The notes beneath the pieces were generated by a model. That model was given only the letters and a program-made list of their open reading frames with translations. It made no database searches and was not told where the DNA came from. DNA of 64,000 bases from assembly GCF_001194135.2 (NCBI RefSeq), contig NC_069005.1, positions 19,455,338-19,519,337 on the forward strand, in the 5' to 3' direction. Both the position numbers and the translations under genes were made by a program. Positions 1-12,280 of this stretch are shown here, piece by piece (within the stretch, counting starts at the first letter, position 1; each line of letters starts with the position of its first letter). This DNA comes from Octopus bimaculoides (Eukaryota).

Positions 1-750
1 CTGAGGTCAATTTTACCTGTCATCCTTTCAGGGGTTGATGAAATATGTGGCAGTTGAGCACTGGGGTTGATGTAATTGACTTATCCCCTCCCCTGAAATT
101 GCTGGCCTTGTGTCAAAATTTGAAGTCATTATTATTGTTGTAAAGGCAGAATTGTTAGCATGCTGGACAAAGTGCTTAGCATTTCTTTCTGGTTTAAGTC
201 CTGTGTTCAAATGCTGCCGAGGTTGACTTTTCCTTCCATCCTTTCTGGGGTCGATGAAGTAAGTACCAGTTGAGCACTGGGGTCAATGTAATTGATTAGC
301 TCCTACACTGACAAAAAACCTCTCAGGCCTTGTACCTATTATAGAAAGAACTTATTATTCTAAGGAATAATGGATTGGCAGAATTGTTAGAACAGCAGGA
401 AAAAATTACTTTGCAGTGTTTGTCCTGGCTCTTTACAGTCTGAGTTCAAATCAAGGTCAACTTTGTCTTTCTTTCATCCTCGTGGGATTGATAAACTAAA
501 GTACCACTCAAGTACTGAGGTATGAACTAACCCCTCCCCTCAAAATTGCAGATTTATGCCTAAATTAGAAACTATTATTAGAAGGTGGTGGAATGGTATA
601 ACTGCTAAAGTGTTATTTATTCTGGCTCTTTACATTCTGAGTTCAAATCTTGTTAAAGTCAGCTTTGCCTTCCATCCCTGCTGGGGTTGATAAAATGAAG
701 TACCAATCATATACTGGAGTTGATAGTGCCAACTAAACCTCTCCCCTTAA
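1..750 (+). mobile_element. Tandem decayed copies of SINE family A (ggcagaattgttag...gagttcaaat...ggccttgtgc-(att)n)
   Basis: About four consecutive copies with tRNA-like A/B boxes. Other + copies at ~1706-1920, 27510-27715, 49590-49795 and 51680-52345. Confidence 0.8.
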
Positions 751-755
751 AATTA

Positions 756-944
756 CCATCTTTAATGGCATATAAGACACTATTTTCCCCTTCAAAATAT
801 CTCGAAAAATCACCCTGGGTGTTGTATATGAAGTTGGACTTGTATTGCATGTTTTAACACGCTAAAAAATTTTTCAGGAATATGTGCTGCTGAAATTAGG
901 GTTCATCTAACATAGCCATGTGTCTTTTATGCCATCAGATACAG
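756..944. mobile_element. Tc1/mariner-type MITE (old)
   Basis: Subterminal inverted match tggcatataagacac / gtgtcttttatgcca; TA/CA flanks. Confidence 0.45.
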
Positions 945-1974
945 CATCGACCTTGTGCCTAAATTATAGATTATTGTTATTTCATCAGATTTTTGGTGTT
1001 TCCACAATACGATGTAATGACAAAAAATAAGAGATAAATGCTATTGTCTGACCTACTTGTAGTTGAATAAGTAATAAATCAATACGTTGTTACACACAGC
1101 ATACAATGTAATTTATAACATAATGTTTCATCATTCATAGAGCTGCTGTTATTTGGTTAGTCATTAACGAACCCAACAACTGGCAAATTGGCCCAAATCA
1201 TTAGAGCATTGGACAGAATGCATCACAGTATTTATTTTGATCTCTGCATTCTATGTTCAAATCCCATTCAATTCAACTTTACCTTTCATGCTCTCAAAGC
1301 TGATAAAAATATTTCCCCCAAAACACCAATTTAAGGCAGAATTGTACAAATGTCAGACAGATTCTGAGCAGTATTTGTTCTGGCTTTTTGCTTTCTGAGT
1401 TCAAATCCTGCCATTGTCTATTTGGGTAGTAGACTTAATCTGCTGTTTGGTTTAACACCATCAACTGACTCCTTGGGTACCTTTATTGGAGTCCATTCTG
1501 TTGCTAGCATTTGGGCCAGGTTTCTGGTTTGAGGATATCCCCCTCCCTCTCACCAGTCTCAGAAGCCATGTAATAGATCATGGGCACTTCCTTCTTGAAA
1601 TCTGACCAAAAGATTAAAAGAAAAAAAATCATCTTCAGCTTATATTCCCACTGCAACATCCACTTTTGCAGTAAATAAATCTTAATATTCATGCTGATCG
1701 AGGTCACAAACTAGCAGAAACATTAGCACAAAGCGAAATGCTTAGCAGTATTTTGTCCATCTTTACATTCTAAGTTCAGATTCCACTGGGGTCAACTTTG
1801 CCTTTCATCCTTTTAAAAAAGTCAATAAAATAAGGAGCAGTCAAGTACTAGGCTCAATGTAATCAACTAAGCCCCTTCCCTGAACCTGTTGGTCTTGTGC
1901 CAAAATCTGAAACCAATATTCATGCTTATCTAAAGAAAAGCTTCTTACAAACCACTTTTGCTATTTATTATCTG

Positions 1975-2236
1975 CATTGAGAGATCACAGCTCTGGTATT
2001 ATGGATATGTGATTAGAATTGCAAGATGGATTCTTCAAGCTGAGTCAACCAAGAGAAGACCTAGGGGTAGACCAAGAATGAGTTGTTTGGATAATATCCA
2101 TAGCCTCAATTAGACACACTCAGAAATCCAGCTGTAATGACCTTTGCTTCTGATAGACTCTATTGTGGAGGTGCCCAAGAACTCTACACCCATGATCCTC
2201 CCAAGAATAGTGGACAGAGGAAATAAATGGATGGAT
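1975..2236 (+). mobile_element. RTE (Expander/Rex3-like) LINE 3' fragment
   Basis: RSQLWYYGYVIRIARWILQAESTKRRPRGRPRMSCLDNI; ends in an atggatggat tail. Confidence 0.75.
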
Positions 2237-2638
2237 TTGTTTCTTTATGCCACTCATAAATCAAAATATCCTGCTTGGCAGTGTGATATGTGAAAATCAG
2301 TGGAATTAACGTCTCTGAAACGCTATCGGTCAACATACAGATTGATTGGTCGAGGACAGTCATATAGTGAGGCAAGGGAACCTTTGGCCATTTGTCCACT
2401 ACATTCATGTGTTAAGGTCATGTGATATCTGTTTTAGCCCTTTGTTGTGACCATGAGTTAGATTAAACAAGTAACAAACACTCCCTCCACACACATACAC
2501 ATACATACTTAATGACATTGGGAATGAATTCTTTCTAGAACAAAAACAGTAAACTTATAACATCAGTTTTTTATACAGAGGACTGCGATAGAAGTGGAAT
2601 TTTTTCCTTTTGTGTTCCTAAATTTGTCTATTTTTCAG

Positions 2639-2708
2639 CCTGAAGACGAAAATGTTGAAAGAATTCTTGAAATATTTGAAGAAATTGAGGCAGAATTGAA
2701 AGAAGAAG
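2639..2708 (+). CDS. RPAIN: RPA-interacting protein, internal exon (PEDENVERILEIFEEIEAELKEE-G, acidic middle domain)
   Basis: Acceptor tttttcag at 2631-2638; 70 nt open frame; weak donor G|GTTGTT. The phase-1 end joins the 5715 exon in frame (g+aa=E). Resembles the acidic helix of RPAIN. Confidence 0.7.
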
Positions 2709-3026
2709 GTTGTTAATTCTTCCTATTACTAGTGTATCTTTGAAAATGATTTCTAACATGGACAAATGTTCTGGGGGTGCAGAGATAAGGGGTAACAGTT
2801 TGATTACATCAACTTCAATAGTTGATTGGTAATTTAAAAACAGCAACAATAAATCTTTCTACTATAGGCGCAAGGCCTGAAATTTGGGGGACGGTAGGCT
2901 AGTTGATTACATTGACACCCAATACTCAACTGGTACTAATTTTATTGACCCCAAATAGAAGAAAGGCTAAGTCTACCTTGGCAACATTTGAACTCCGAAT
3001 ATAAAGAACCAGAAGAAATGACCTAA

Positions 3027-3196
3027 CTCCTTAGCATTTACACCAACCATGCCCAGCCCAAATATTCTATCTGTTTTTTTGTCCAAACTGGTCAGATCCA
3101 TCATTATCTTGAAGTTATGAGATAATGCAAGATGGACTCAAAAGAATTTGAATAAATATGTATTAGATTTGACAGAATAATATGAATGCTAAAGAG
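3027..3196. mobile_element. piggyBac-like MITE inserted in a SINE
   Basis: Ends ctccttagcatt / aatgctaaagag with decayed TTAA flanks (ctaa, ttga). Confidence 0.55.
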
Positions 3197-3199
3197 TTG

Positions 3200-4590
3200 A
3201 GCATTTTGTCTGAAGCAGTAACATTTCTACCAGCTTGATGCATTTAATGGTTTGAAGTTTTGACACCAGGTCAGCAATTTTCAGGGGTGTAGGATAGTCG
3301 GTTACAGTATTTGACTGCTATTTTATTTTATTGACCTCGAAAGGATGGATAGTAAAGTTCAGCTCCGTAGGATTTTGACTCAGAATGTAGAGTTCAAAGA
3401 AATGCCACTAAATATTTTGTCTGACATGCTAACAATTCTTCCAGCTCGATGTTTTAATAATAGAAATAATGACAGTATTGATGATAATAACTCTTTCTTA
3501 TTTTGGGTCCAAGGCCAGCATTTTTAATTAAGTAGATTACATTGACCCTGCTACTTGGCTAGTACTTATTTTATCAACCCCGAAAGAATGAAAGGCAAAG
3601 TTTACCTTGGTAGGACTCAGAATGTGATGAGCAGGGAGAAATGCTGCTCCTTTTATGTGCTGATGATTCTACCAGCTCACTGCCTTACTAACAATAATTC
3701 AACATAGGCATAAAGCCACATTTGTGAGGAGTTAATTGATTAAATATACCCTGAGAGGACAATACACAAAGCTGACTTCAGCAGGATTTGAACTTAGAAT
3801 AATAAAGAGCTGGAAGAAATGCTACTAAGCATTTTGTCCAGTGTGCTAACTATTTTGTCAGCCCACTGCCTTAATAATGATAGTAATAATGATTTCAAAT
3901 TCTGGCATAAGGCCAGCAATTTTTAGGAGAGGGGTAAATTGATTACATCAACCCCAACGTCCAACTGGTTTTTATTTCATTGATCCCAAAGGGATGAAAG
4001 ACAAAATTGACCTTGGTGGGATTTGAATTCAGAACATAAAGAGCCAGAAGAGATACTGCTGTGCATTTTGTCCAGTGCATTATTTATTCCACCAGCTTAC
4101 CACCTTAATAATAATAATTACAATGATAATCCTTTCTACTCTAGGCACAAGGCCTGAAATTTAGTGGGAAGTGGGCTAGTCGATTACATTGACTCCAGTA
4201 CTTGACAGGTACTTATTTTGTCAACCCCAAAAGATAAAAGGCAAAGTGGACCTCAGTGGAATTTGAACTCAGAGTGTAATGAGAGATGAAATGCTGCCAA
4301 GAATTTTGCTCAGTATGCTAATGATTCTCCCAGTTCACTGCTTTGATAATGATGATGATAATATAACAATAATAATCCTTTCTACTATAGGCACAAGGCC
4401 TGAAATTTTGGCGAGGGATTAAGTAGATTACATTGACCCCAGTACTCAACTGGTATTTAATATATCAACCCTGAAAGGATGAAAGGCATAGTTGACTGGC
4501 AAAATTTGAACTCAAAACATAAAGATGGACGAAATGTCACTAAGCATTTTGCCCGGAGTGCTAACGATTCTGCTAGCTTGCCGCCATAAT
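3200..4590 (-). mobile_element. Chain of about six SINE family A copies in antisense
   Basis: Repeated aataat-cctttctact..ggcacaaggcc..tttgaactcaga blocks. Other - copies at ~2845-3015, 25350-26345, 49090-49305, 50360-50730 and 60160-60450. Confidence 0.8.
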
Positions 4591-5714
4591 GATAATGAAG
4601 ATAATGATGGACTTTTCCATTGAAGACAATGTATGAGTGTTCAGCTTTTGCTAATTGATCTGTACAAAGGATTTGTTTATAGTGATGTGCTGTACATTAA
4701 CTCACTCCCTCCATCAAATAGGTGCATGGTGTATCACACATCAGGTGTCGAAGTGATCACAGAGCAACATGCAATGAAGTGTTTTGCTTAAGAGCACAAT
4801 GCCCCACCTGATCTAGGATATGAAACTATGATCTTGTGATTGTGAGTGCAACACCTTAACTACTAGACCATACATCCTCACATAATATCAAAGCAAATTT
4901 TCCCATGGTGGGATTGGAATGTTCTGCTTAGTTTTAACAGCACTACCTGGCTCTCAGGTGGATGCCTGTAGCAGAGTCCAATCTCTTACAAGCATCTGAA
5001 TTAGGTTTCTAGTCGTTGAAGAAAAACTTTTTCATTTCTTCATTCCGGGCCCTAAAAAGCATCAGGAATGTGACACTTTCTTTCCTGGCTAAGCTCATAA
5101 TTTTCTTTTTTTAAATTTAAATACGTCAGAAGAGACCAGATACTGTAAAATATCAATAAATCAGGTGAGCTACCATTTTTGCTCGAAAAAACCAATATTT
5201 AAAAAAGAAAAAGAAAACTTTTATTTCTATCTTCAATTTTTTTTTCTCTTTTAACCTTTTCTTGTTCAGTCATCTGACTGGTCATGCTGGAGCACCGTGT
5301 TGAAGGGTTTTGGTCAAACAAAATCAATCCTAGTACTTACTCTTTTTTAAAGTCTGGCACTCATTCTAGCAACCTCTTGCAAAACTACTAAGTAATAGGG
5401 ACATAAACAAACCGACACCAGTTGTCAAGTGATACTGGGGAAGGGACAAATACACACACACAAATGTATATGTGTACACATACATACAACTGTTCCTGTC
5501 TATCAAATTCACTCATTGGTCAACTTGGGGCTATAGTAGAAAACACTTTATCAAAAGTGCCATGCAATGGGGCTGAATCCCAAAGCATAGGGTTGTAAAG
5601 CAAGCTTCTTAACTACACATCCATGCCTGTAAATTATATATTTCTTTCAAATTATCATGAAATGTTCCATTTTATTATTATCTTCTATTTCATTTTATTC
5701 TATTTTTCTCCTAG

Positions 5715-5835
5715 AACAAAAACTCCTCAGAGAACATGACTTATATGAAGAAAGTTATCTGAATGAAGAGAAAGAACTGTGCTCAGCATTAGAGTTGCTC
5801 ACTGCTGATGAAGTCGTTTGCCCTATTTGTAAAAA
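5715..5835 (+). CDS. RPAIN: RPA-interacting protein exon (EQKLLREHDLYEESYLNEEKELCSALELLTADEVVCPICK)
   Basis: Acceptor ttttctcctag, donor GTAAGT, 121 nt. Ends in the VxCPxC knuckle that starts the RPAIN C-terminal zinc finger. Confidence 0.85.
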
Positions 5836-5904
5836 GTAAGTTTTGAAACTTGGGGGTTTTTGGGGGATTGGTTTTATCTTCTGTCTTTTACTTGTTTCAG
5901 TCAT

Positions 5905-6200
5905 TCATCATCATCATCATCATCGTTTAACGTCTGTTTTCCATGCTAGCATGGGTTGGACGATTTGACTGAGGACTGGCGAACCAGATGGCTGCACCAG
6001 GCTCCAATCTGATCTGGCAGAGTTTCTACAGCTGGATGCCCTTCCTAACGCCAACCACTCTGAGAGTGTAGTGAGTGCTTTTATGTGTCACCAGCACAAG
6101 GGCCAGTCAGGCGGTACTGGCAACAGTTACACTCAAAATGGTGTTTTTCACATGCCACCTGCACAGGAGCCAGTCCAGCGGCACTGGCAACGACCTCTGC
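5905..6200 (-). mobile_element. Repeat family D ((GAT)n-tailed; RTE 3' end or its SINE partner)
   Basis: catcatcatcgtttaacgtc..ccatgctagcatgggttggacg..ggatgcccttcctaacgccaacc. Other copies at ~20600-20900, 21755-21920, 22390-22665, 23860-24020 and 40078-40545. Confidence 0.8.
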
Positions 6201-6809
6201 CCACTGGGACAGACAAGGGTTTTATGTCGATTACATTGACTGCAGTGATTAACTGGTACTTATTTAATTAACCCTGAAAGGATGAAAGGCAAAGTTGACC
6301 TCGGTGGAATTCGAACTCAAAATGTAATGGCAGACAAAATCCGCTAGGCATTTCGCCCATCCTGCTAACGTTTCTGCCAGCTCGCCACCTAGATTGCAGC
6401 CATGCTGTGGCACCACCTTGAGAAATTTTTAGTCAAATGAATCAACCCTAGTATTTATTTTGCTGTTAAGCCTGGTATTTAGCCATTTATTCTGTCAGTC
6501 CCTTTTGCAAAACCACTAGGTTATGGGAACATAAACACAACACTGGTTGTCAAGTGATAATGGGGGATAAACACACACACACATATGACGGGCTTCTTTC
6601 AGTTTCTGGCTACCAAATCCACTCACAAGGCTTTGGTTGGCCTAAGGCTATAGTGGAAGACACTTGCCTAAGGTGCCATGCAGTGGGACTTAACTGAGAA
6701 CCATGTGGTTAGGAAGTAAGCTTTTTATCATACAGCCACGCCTTTAGAAATAAAGAAATGTTTTATGGAATCTATTTACGATTTTGTACAACAGTCCATA
6801 TCTTGCAAC

Positions 6810-7280
6810 CTGGCTGCATGTGATGTCCAATTATCCATTATGTATCATATGGTCGAATGTGATACACCACAGTTTGTTGCCTTTACATGGCTGCATGTGA
6901 TGTACCTTTGTCCATTACATGGTGCATGGCTACATGTCCATTACATATTACATATCTACATGTGATATAACAGTCCATTACATATTTTATGGCTGTATGT
7001 GATAAACATCAGCCTGTCCTATGTTGCATGGCTACATGTGATGTACAACAGTTCATTGCATGTTTCCGATGTACCACTTTTTATTACATTGTACATAGAT
7101 GTGATGTACCATTCTCCATTACATGTTACATAGTTACATGTGACGTACCACTTCCCATTACATGACACAGCTACATGTGATGTACCATTATCCATTATAT
7201 GTTTTGCAGTTACATGTGATGTAACAGTCTATTATATGGACATAGCTACATGTGGTCTGCCACTATCCATTACATGTTTC
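6810..7280. repeat. Degenerate ~36-39 bp minisatellite
   Basis: About 12 diverged units of catgtgatgtaccattgtccattacatgttacatggcta. Confidence 0.8.
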
Positions 7281-7959
7281 ATTGTTCTATGTATGTCTTG
7301 TGAACTTGCCATTAAGTATGTTTACCGTTTCCTGTTTTCCCTTTCATATTCTTCTGTGTGTTCCAGTCATATTCATGTTGAGTTACTGTTTCAACAGGTT
7401 TTAATCAGTCACATCCACACCTGTGTTGCTTTTTATCGATTATGTGGAATGGCAAAGTTAATATATGCATAAAGGGACATAACCTGTGAGAATACCACAA
7501 AGTATTGATCCCTCACCTATATATATATGCATACACACACACACACATTATTATCATCATCATTTTGATGTCCACTTTTTCCAGGCTTGCATGGGTCAGA
7601 TGGAGACTATTTCAGGAGAGACATGTATTAACTTTAAAGAAGTACAAAACTCTAATTTTCTTCAAAGTAGGATCCTCTGACTTCAATGCAATTGTTGTAA
7701 GCATTCCAATCACTTTGTGAAGGCCCCATGGAAGTCCTCCAAACTGAAGATGTTGTAAACATGATAGTTGTAAGGAGCATCACCATTGTAAAAGCAATGT
7801 TGTTCTTTTCCAGTCTTCCCTGAAAAACGACTGGCCATTGGAAAAATATTACCTTGCTTGAAATGGGTGAGGGTTGGCAACAGGATGGGCATCTGGCAAT
7901 AGGAAATCTGGCCTATGCAAGCATTGGAAAAATGGACAGTAAAATGATGATGATATATA

Positions 7960-8195
7960 TATACAACAGACTTCTTTCAGTTTCCATCTACCATTTCCTC
8001 ACAAGGAATTGGTTAATCCAGAGCTTTAGTAGAAGACACTTTCCCAAGATTCCACATAGTGGCATTGAACTTGAAATCCCATACTTGTGAAATGAACTTC
8101 TTAACCACACAACCATGCCTGTTCCTTTGTGATGACATTGTTATGAACACAATTTTTAATGATGTTTTTATAGAAATGTTTCATTGTTTTCTGTT
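7960..8195 (+). repeat. Local segmental duplicate of 10950-11195
   Basis: Same SINE remnant plus the same unique ~75 bp flank (2 mismatches) at both loci. Confidence 0.85.
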
Positions 8196-8211
8196 TGTTT
8201 TGTATCTGCAG

Positions 8212-8275
8212 AAATCCTTTGATCGAGAATAAGGGAGTTATTTTCTGTAAATGTGGTCTGCGGATTAACACAGAG
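8212..8275 (+). CDS. RPAIN: RPA-interacting protein exon (K-NPLIENKGVIFCKCGLRINTE)
   Basis: Acceptor tatctgcag, donor GTAAGA, 64 nt, phase-compatible with both neighbours. CxCG motif of the RPAIN C-terminal domain. Confidence 0.85.
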
Positions 8276-8796
8276 GTAAGATTTCTGATCAACTTTTGCA
8301 CTGTTTGTGTGACTTAGCATGCATCTATCTGTATGTATGCATATATGTATGTATATANNNNNNNNNNNNNNNNNNNNNNNNNNNNNNNNNNNNNNNNNNN
8401 NNNNNNNNNNNNNNNNNNNNNNNNNNNNNNNNNNNNNNNNNNNNNNNNNNNNNNNNNNNNNNNNNNNNNNNNNNNNNNNNNNNNNNNNNNNNNNNNNNNN
8501 NNNNNNNNNNNNNNNNNNNNNNNNNNNNNNNNNNNNNNNNNNNNNNNNNNNNNNNNNNNNNNNNNNNNNNNNNNNNNNNNNNNNNNNNNNNNNNNNNNNN
8601 NNNNNNNNNNNNNNNNNNNNNNNNNNNNNNNNNNNNNNNNNNNNNNNNNNNNNNNNNNNNNNNNNNNNNNNNNNNNNNNNNNNNNNNNNNNNNNNNNNNN
8701 NNNNNNNNNNNNNNNNNNNNNNNNNNNNNNNNNNNNNNNNNNNNNNNNNNNNNNNNNNNNNNNNNNNNNNNNNNNNNNNNNNNNNNNNNNNNNNNN

Positions 8797-8827
<31 letters not shown>

Positions 8828-9607
8828 GTATTTGTGTGTCAGTGTTTGTCCCCCCACACCATTGCTTGACAACTGATGTTGGTGTGTTTACGTTCCTGTA
8901 ACTTAGCGGTTTGGCAAAAGAGACCGATAGAATAAGTACTAGGCTTACAAAGTCCTGGGGTCAATTTGTTCGGCTAAAAGCAGTGCTCCAGAATGGCCAC
9001 AGCGAAATGACTGAAACAAGTAAAAGAATAAAAGAAAAAGAATGTCTGTGTTGCTTATCATCAGGTCAGTCCTGATTGAGCAGACGTTCTAGCCATGACC
9101 AACATGTCTGTTTCCTTGGTACATTATGCATTGTATGCCATTTTTCTTAGATAGTGGGGTGTAATAAAGGGAATTCAGTTGCTATTTCTATCAGTTTGAC
9201 TTACTGTGTAGAGGCTTCCTTATTAGCTTATTAATATTAGTAATGTGTGTGTGTGTTGTAACAGTGGTTATATGATTAGAGTTGTTTGACTGTTGATCTG
9301 GTGGTCATAAGCTCAAATCTGACAGAAGCCTTCACCTTGTGCCTCAGGGTAAATTCACTTGATGACAAGTTCCCTCCATTCTTGCTTCAGTGTGAGATCA
9401 GTTTCCTGAAAAGCAAGCAAACTTTTAACAACTCATATTGGGATTATATCTTTTATCTCATACTTCATTGGACTGTGGCCATGCTGAGGCACTGCTTTGA
9501 AAGAGGGCTTAATTGACCCCAGTACAGATTTCTATTGGTCTCTTTTACTGAACTGTTAAGCGGCAGGGACATAAACAAACCAACACTAGTTGTCAAACAG
9601 TGAGGAT

Positions 9608-9653
<46 letters not shown>

Positions 9654-12142
9654 GACAAGTTACCAATGGGAGTCACAAGCCATTGTTTGGTTGGCCTGAG
9701 ACTATCATAGAAGACACTTGCTCCAAGTTCCATGCACTGGAGCTGAACTCAGAACCATGTGGTCTGGAAGCAAACTTCTTACCATACAGCCATGTCTGTG
9801 CCTATATTTACAGACATTTTCTTGCAAACATATTATAAAATATTCTAGCTGAAGAAACAATATATACAGATTAGAGGTGACACTTAAAGAGTGCAGTTGT
9901 GAGCTCTGGTGGAAGCTGTGACTAATCTTTCTATGCATCACGAAGACAAATCATTGTTCTCAATGGCACTAGTTTACCACAGTGATCTTCCCATTTTAAC
10001 CAACCCTTCAACTTCTGAAATAAAGAGCAGAAACTGAATAAAAACTATGCAAGGTAGAATGAACTATAGTTCTTCCACAGGTCACCACTTTAGTGCAGGA
10101 GGCACAATAAATTGCACTTAGTATATATATATATATTGTGATGTAGTCTGTGATAGAAAAGATATTCTATTGTTAAAACCATTTCAAAAGGAGAAAGGAC
10201 AGAAGCAACAGAAGGCATTATTTAGTTTTATTAAATAGACCCTCTATAATTTAACAAGAATGCCTGGTTTTCTCTGTTGTTGTGTCTACCAGATGGCAAT
10301 GGGTGTAGATGAGTGATAAGGTGATGTAAGAACCACCTAACCTATGTAATATGGAAAAATGATAATGCCTTCATTGCACTTACAATTTTTTTTTTTGCCT
10401 TTGGTCAGTAAGTGTTATTTCCTATTTGCTTCTATCTGGAAATAAAAGGAAATGACTACTATTCCCTTCACACTTTGCTTTTGTGACCTGCACATTGATG
10501 TTTTGAAACTTACTTATTTTCCATTACATTTCAAACAGATTCAGTGTTGAGTTGCTGAAGCAGAAATATCATTATAGCAAATATTCTGCTCAATAATACA
10601 GAGTTGCTTGTCAGTTGGTTGACCTTAACCAGTTGAGTATGTCCTTTAGTGGCCAACAATATGCAAAGTTTGAAGGAAATATTAGCCGTTTTTCATACTT
10701 TTGGTGGGTAAGCAAACAGGAAATAAGAGATGCTACCCAAGAACAAAAATCGCGTTACACAGTGTTGTTGGACTGCTTCAAAAAACTATTTTATCCAACC
10801 TTGCCATGAGTGCTATATTACTTGTGTAATGTGGAAAATATTCTACTAACATAGGTACAAACATGGCTGCACCTGTATTAGAGAAATTTGCCTCCCAACC
10901 ACATATGGTTTCAAGTTCAGTCCTACTGTACTGAGGTCATGGAAAAATGGGATGACATATATACAACTGACTTCTCTCAGTTTCAGTCTACCTATTTCCT
11001 CACAAGAGATTGGTTAAACCAGAGCTTTAGTAGAAGAGACTTTCCTAGGATTCCACATAGTGGGATTGAACCTAAAACTCCATAGTTGTGGAATGAACTT
11101 CTTAACCACACAACCATGCCTGTTCCTTTGTGATGACATTGTTATGAACATAATTTTTAATGATGTTTTTATAGAAATATTTCATTGTTTTCTGTTATAG
11201 TACTGGGCTAACCTGTAGGTACAATCATGTACAAACCTGCAGGTACAATCATGGGTGTATGGTTGAAAAGTTTAGTTCCCAAGTACATGGTTCCAGGTTC
11301 AATCCTATTGCAAAGTACTTTGGGCAAGTTTCTTCAGCTATAGCCCTGACCAAAGCTTTGTGAGCAACTTTTGTAGACAGAAACTGTAAGAAGCCCATTG
11401 TGTATATATGTGTGTGAGTTTGTATGTTTATGTCGCTTTGTTTTGATATCATACAAGTTGTGTCATTCATTTCCAACATTCTTTGAGAATATGTCTGGCC
11501 ATGGGGAAATATTATCTATCGTACTTGGAAAGAGGTGAGGATTGGTGACAGGAAGGTTATCTGGCCTTAGAAAATCTGCCTCAATGAACTGCGTCTGATC
11601 CATGCAAGCATTGGAAAATGGGTGTTAAAACAGTGGCGGCAGTGGTGGTTTCCTCTTCCTCAAATACACAAATTACTGAAGGCTTGTACCTCTTGCTATA
11701 TGCCCTCTACCAAATCAAGTGGATCTCCCATAAAAGTACAGTTTTTTTCTTTTAACCTCAACTGGTCCTGCTTTATTCGTTGTTATTTCAAAAGAAATCA
11801 AAGAGGATAACATTTAAACAGTACCTGAACGAATTTCTCTCTGGGATATTCAGACACATTTTGACCCACAACTCCAGCCCCCTATACAAATTCAGCTTCG
11901 GGGTCCCAAAATATAACTTACAAGACTTCACTGGGTAGTGCTTCTAAGTTAGACGTAGTCTAGGCCCTTAATGACCGAAACCTATTTATGTATATATGTA
12001 TATATGCGTGTATGTCTGTGTGTGTATGTTAGTGTGTGTGTGTGTGTATATGTTGGTGTATGCATGTGCATGTGCACATGCATACACCAACATACAAGAT
12101 GGCTGTTGTTCATAAAAGTGATACATTTAACTATATTTGCAG

Positions 12143-12280
12143 CAAGATGGCTTCAAGTTGGCTGATGTCAAAGCTCAGCTAGACAGTGGTATCGAAATTC
12201 ATAACTTTACGTGTGATGCTGAGCCAGAGTTTTCCATGATGTGTGTATTAGGGACCACGAATCTTTTCATGACATGCGAG
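12143..12280 (+). CDS. RPAIN: RPA-interacting protein exon (QDGFKLADVKAQLDSGIEIHNFTCDAEPEFSMMCVLGTTNLFMTCE)
   Basis: Acceptor tatttgcag, donor GTAAGC, 138 nt phase 0. Matches the H-x3-C...P-x-F...L-x-M-x-C pattern of RPAIN. The terminal exon was not found. Confidence 0.85.

Noticed and set aside
8168-8901. Long ORFs spanning N runs (also at 15.2-16.0, 29.5-29.9, 39.2-40.2, 56.0-56.9 and 62.4-62.7 kb)
   Set aside because: Artefacts of translating assembly gaps as X.
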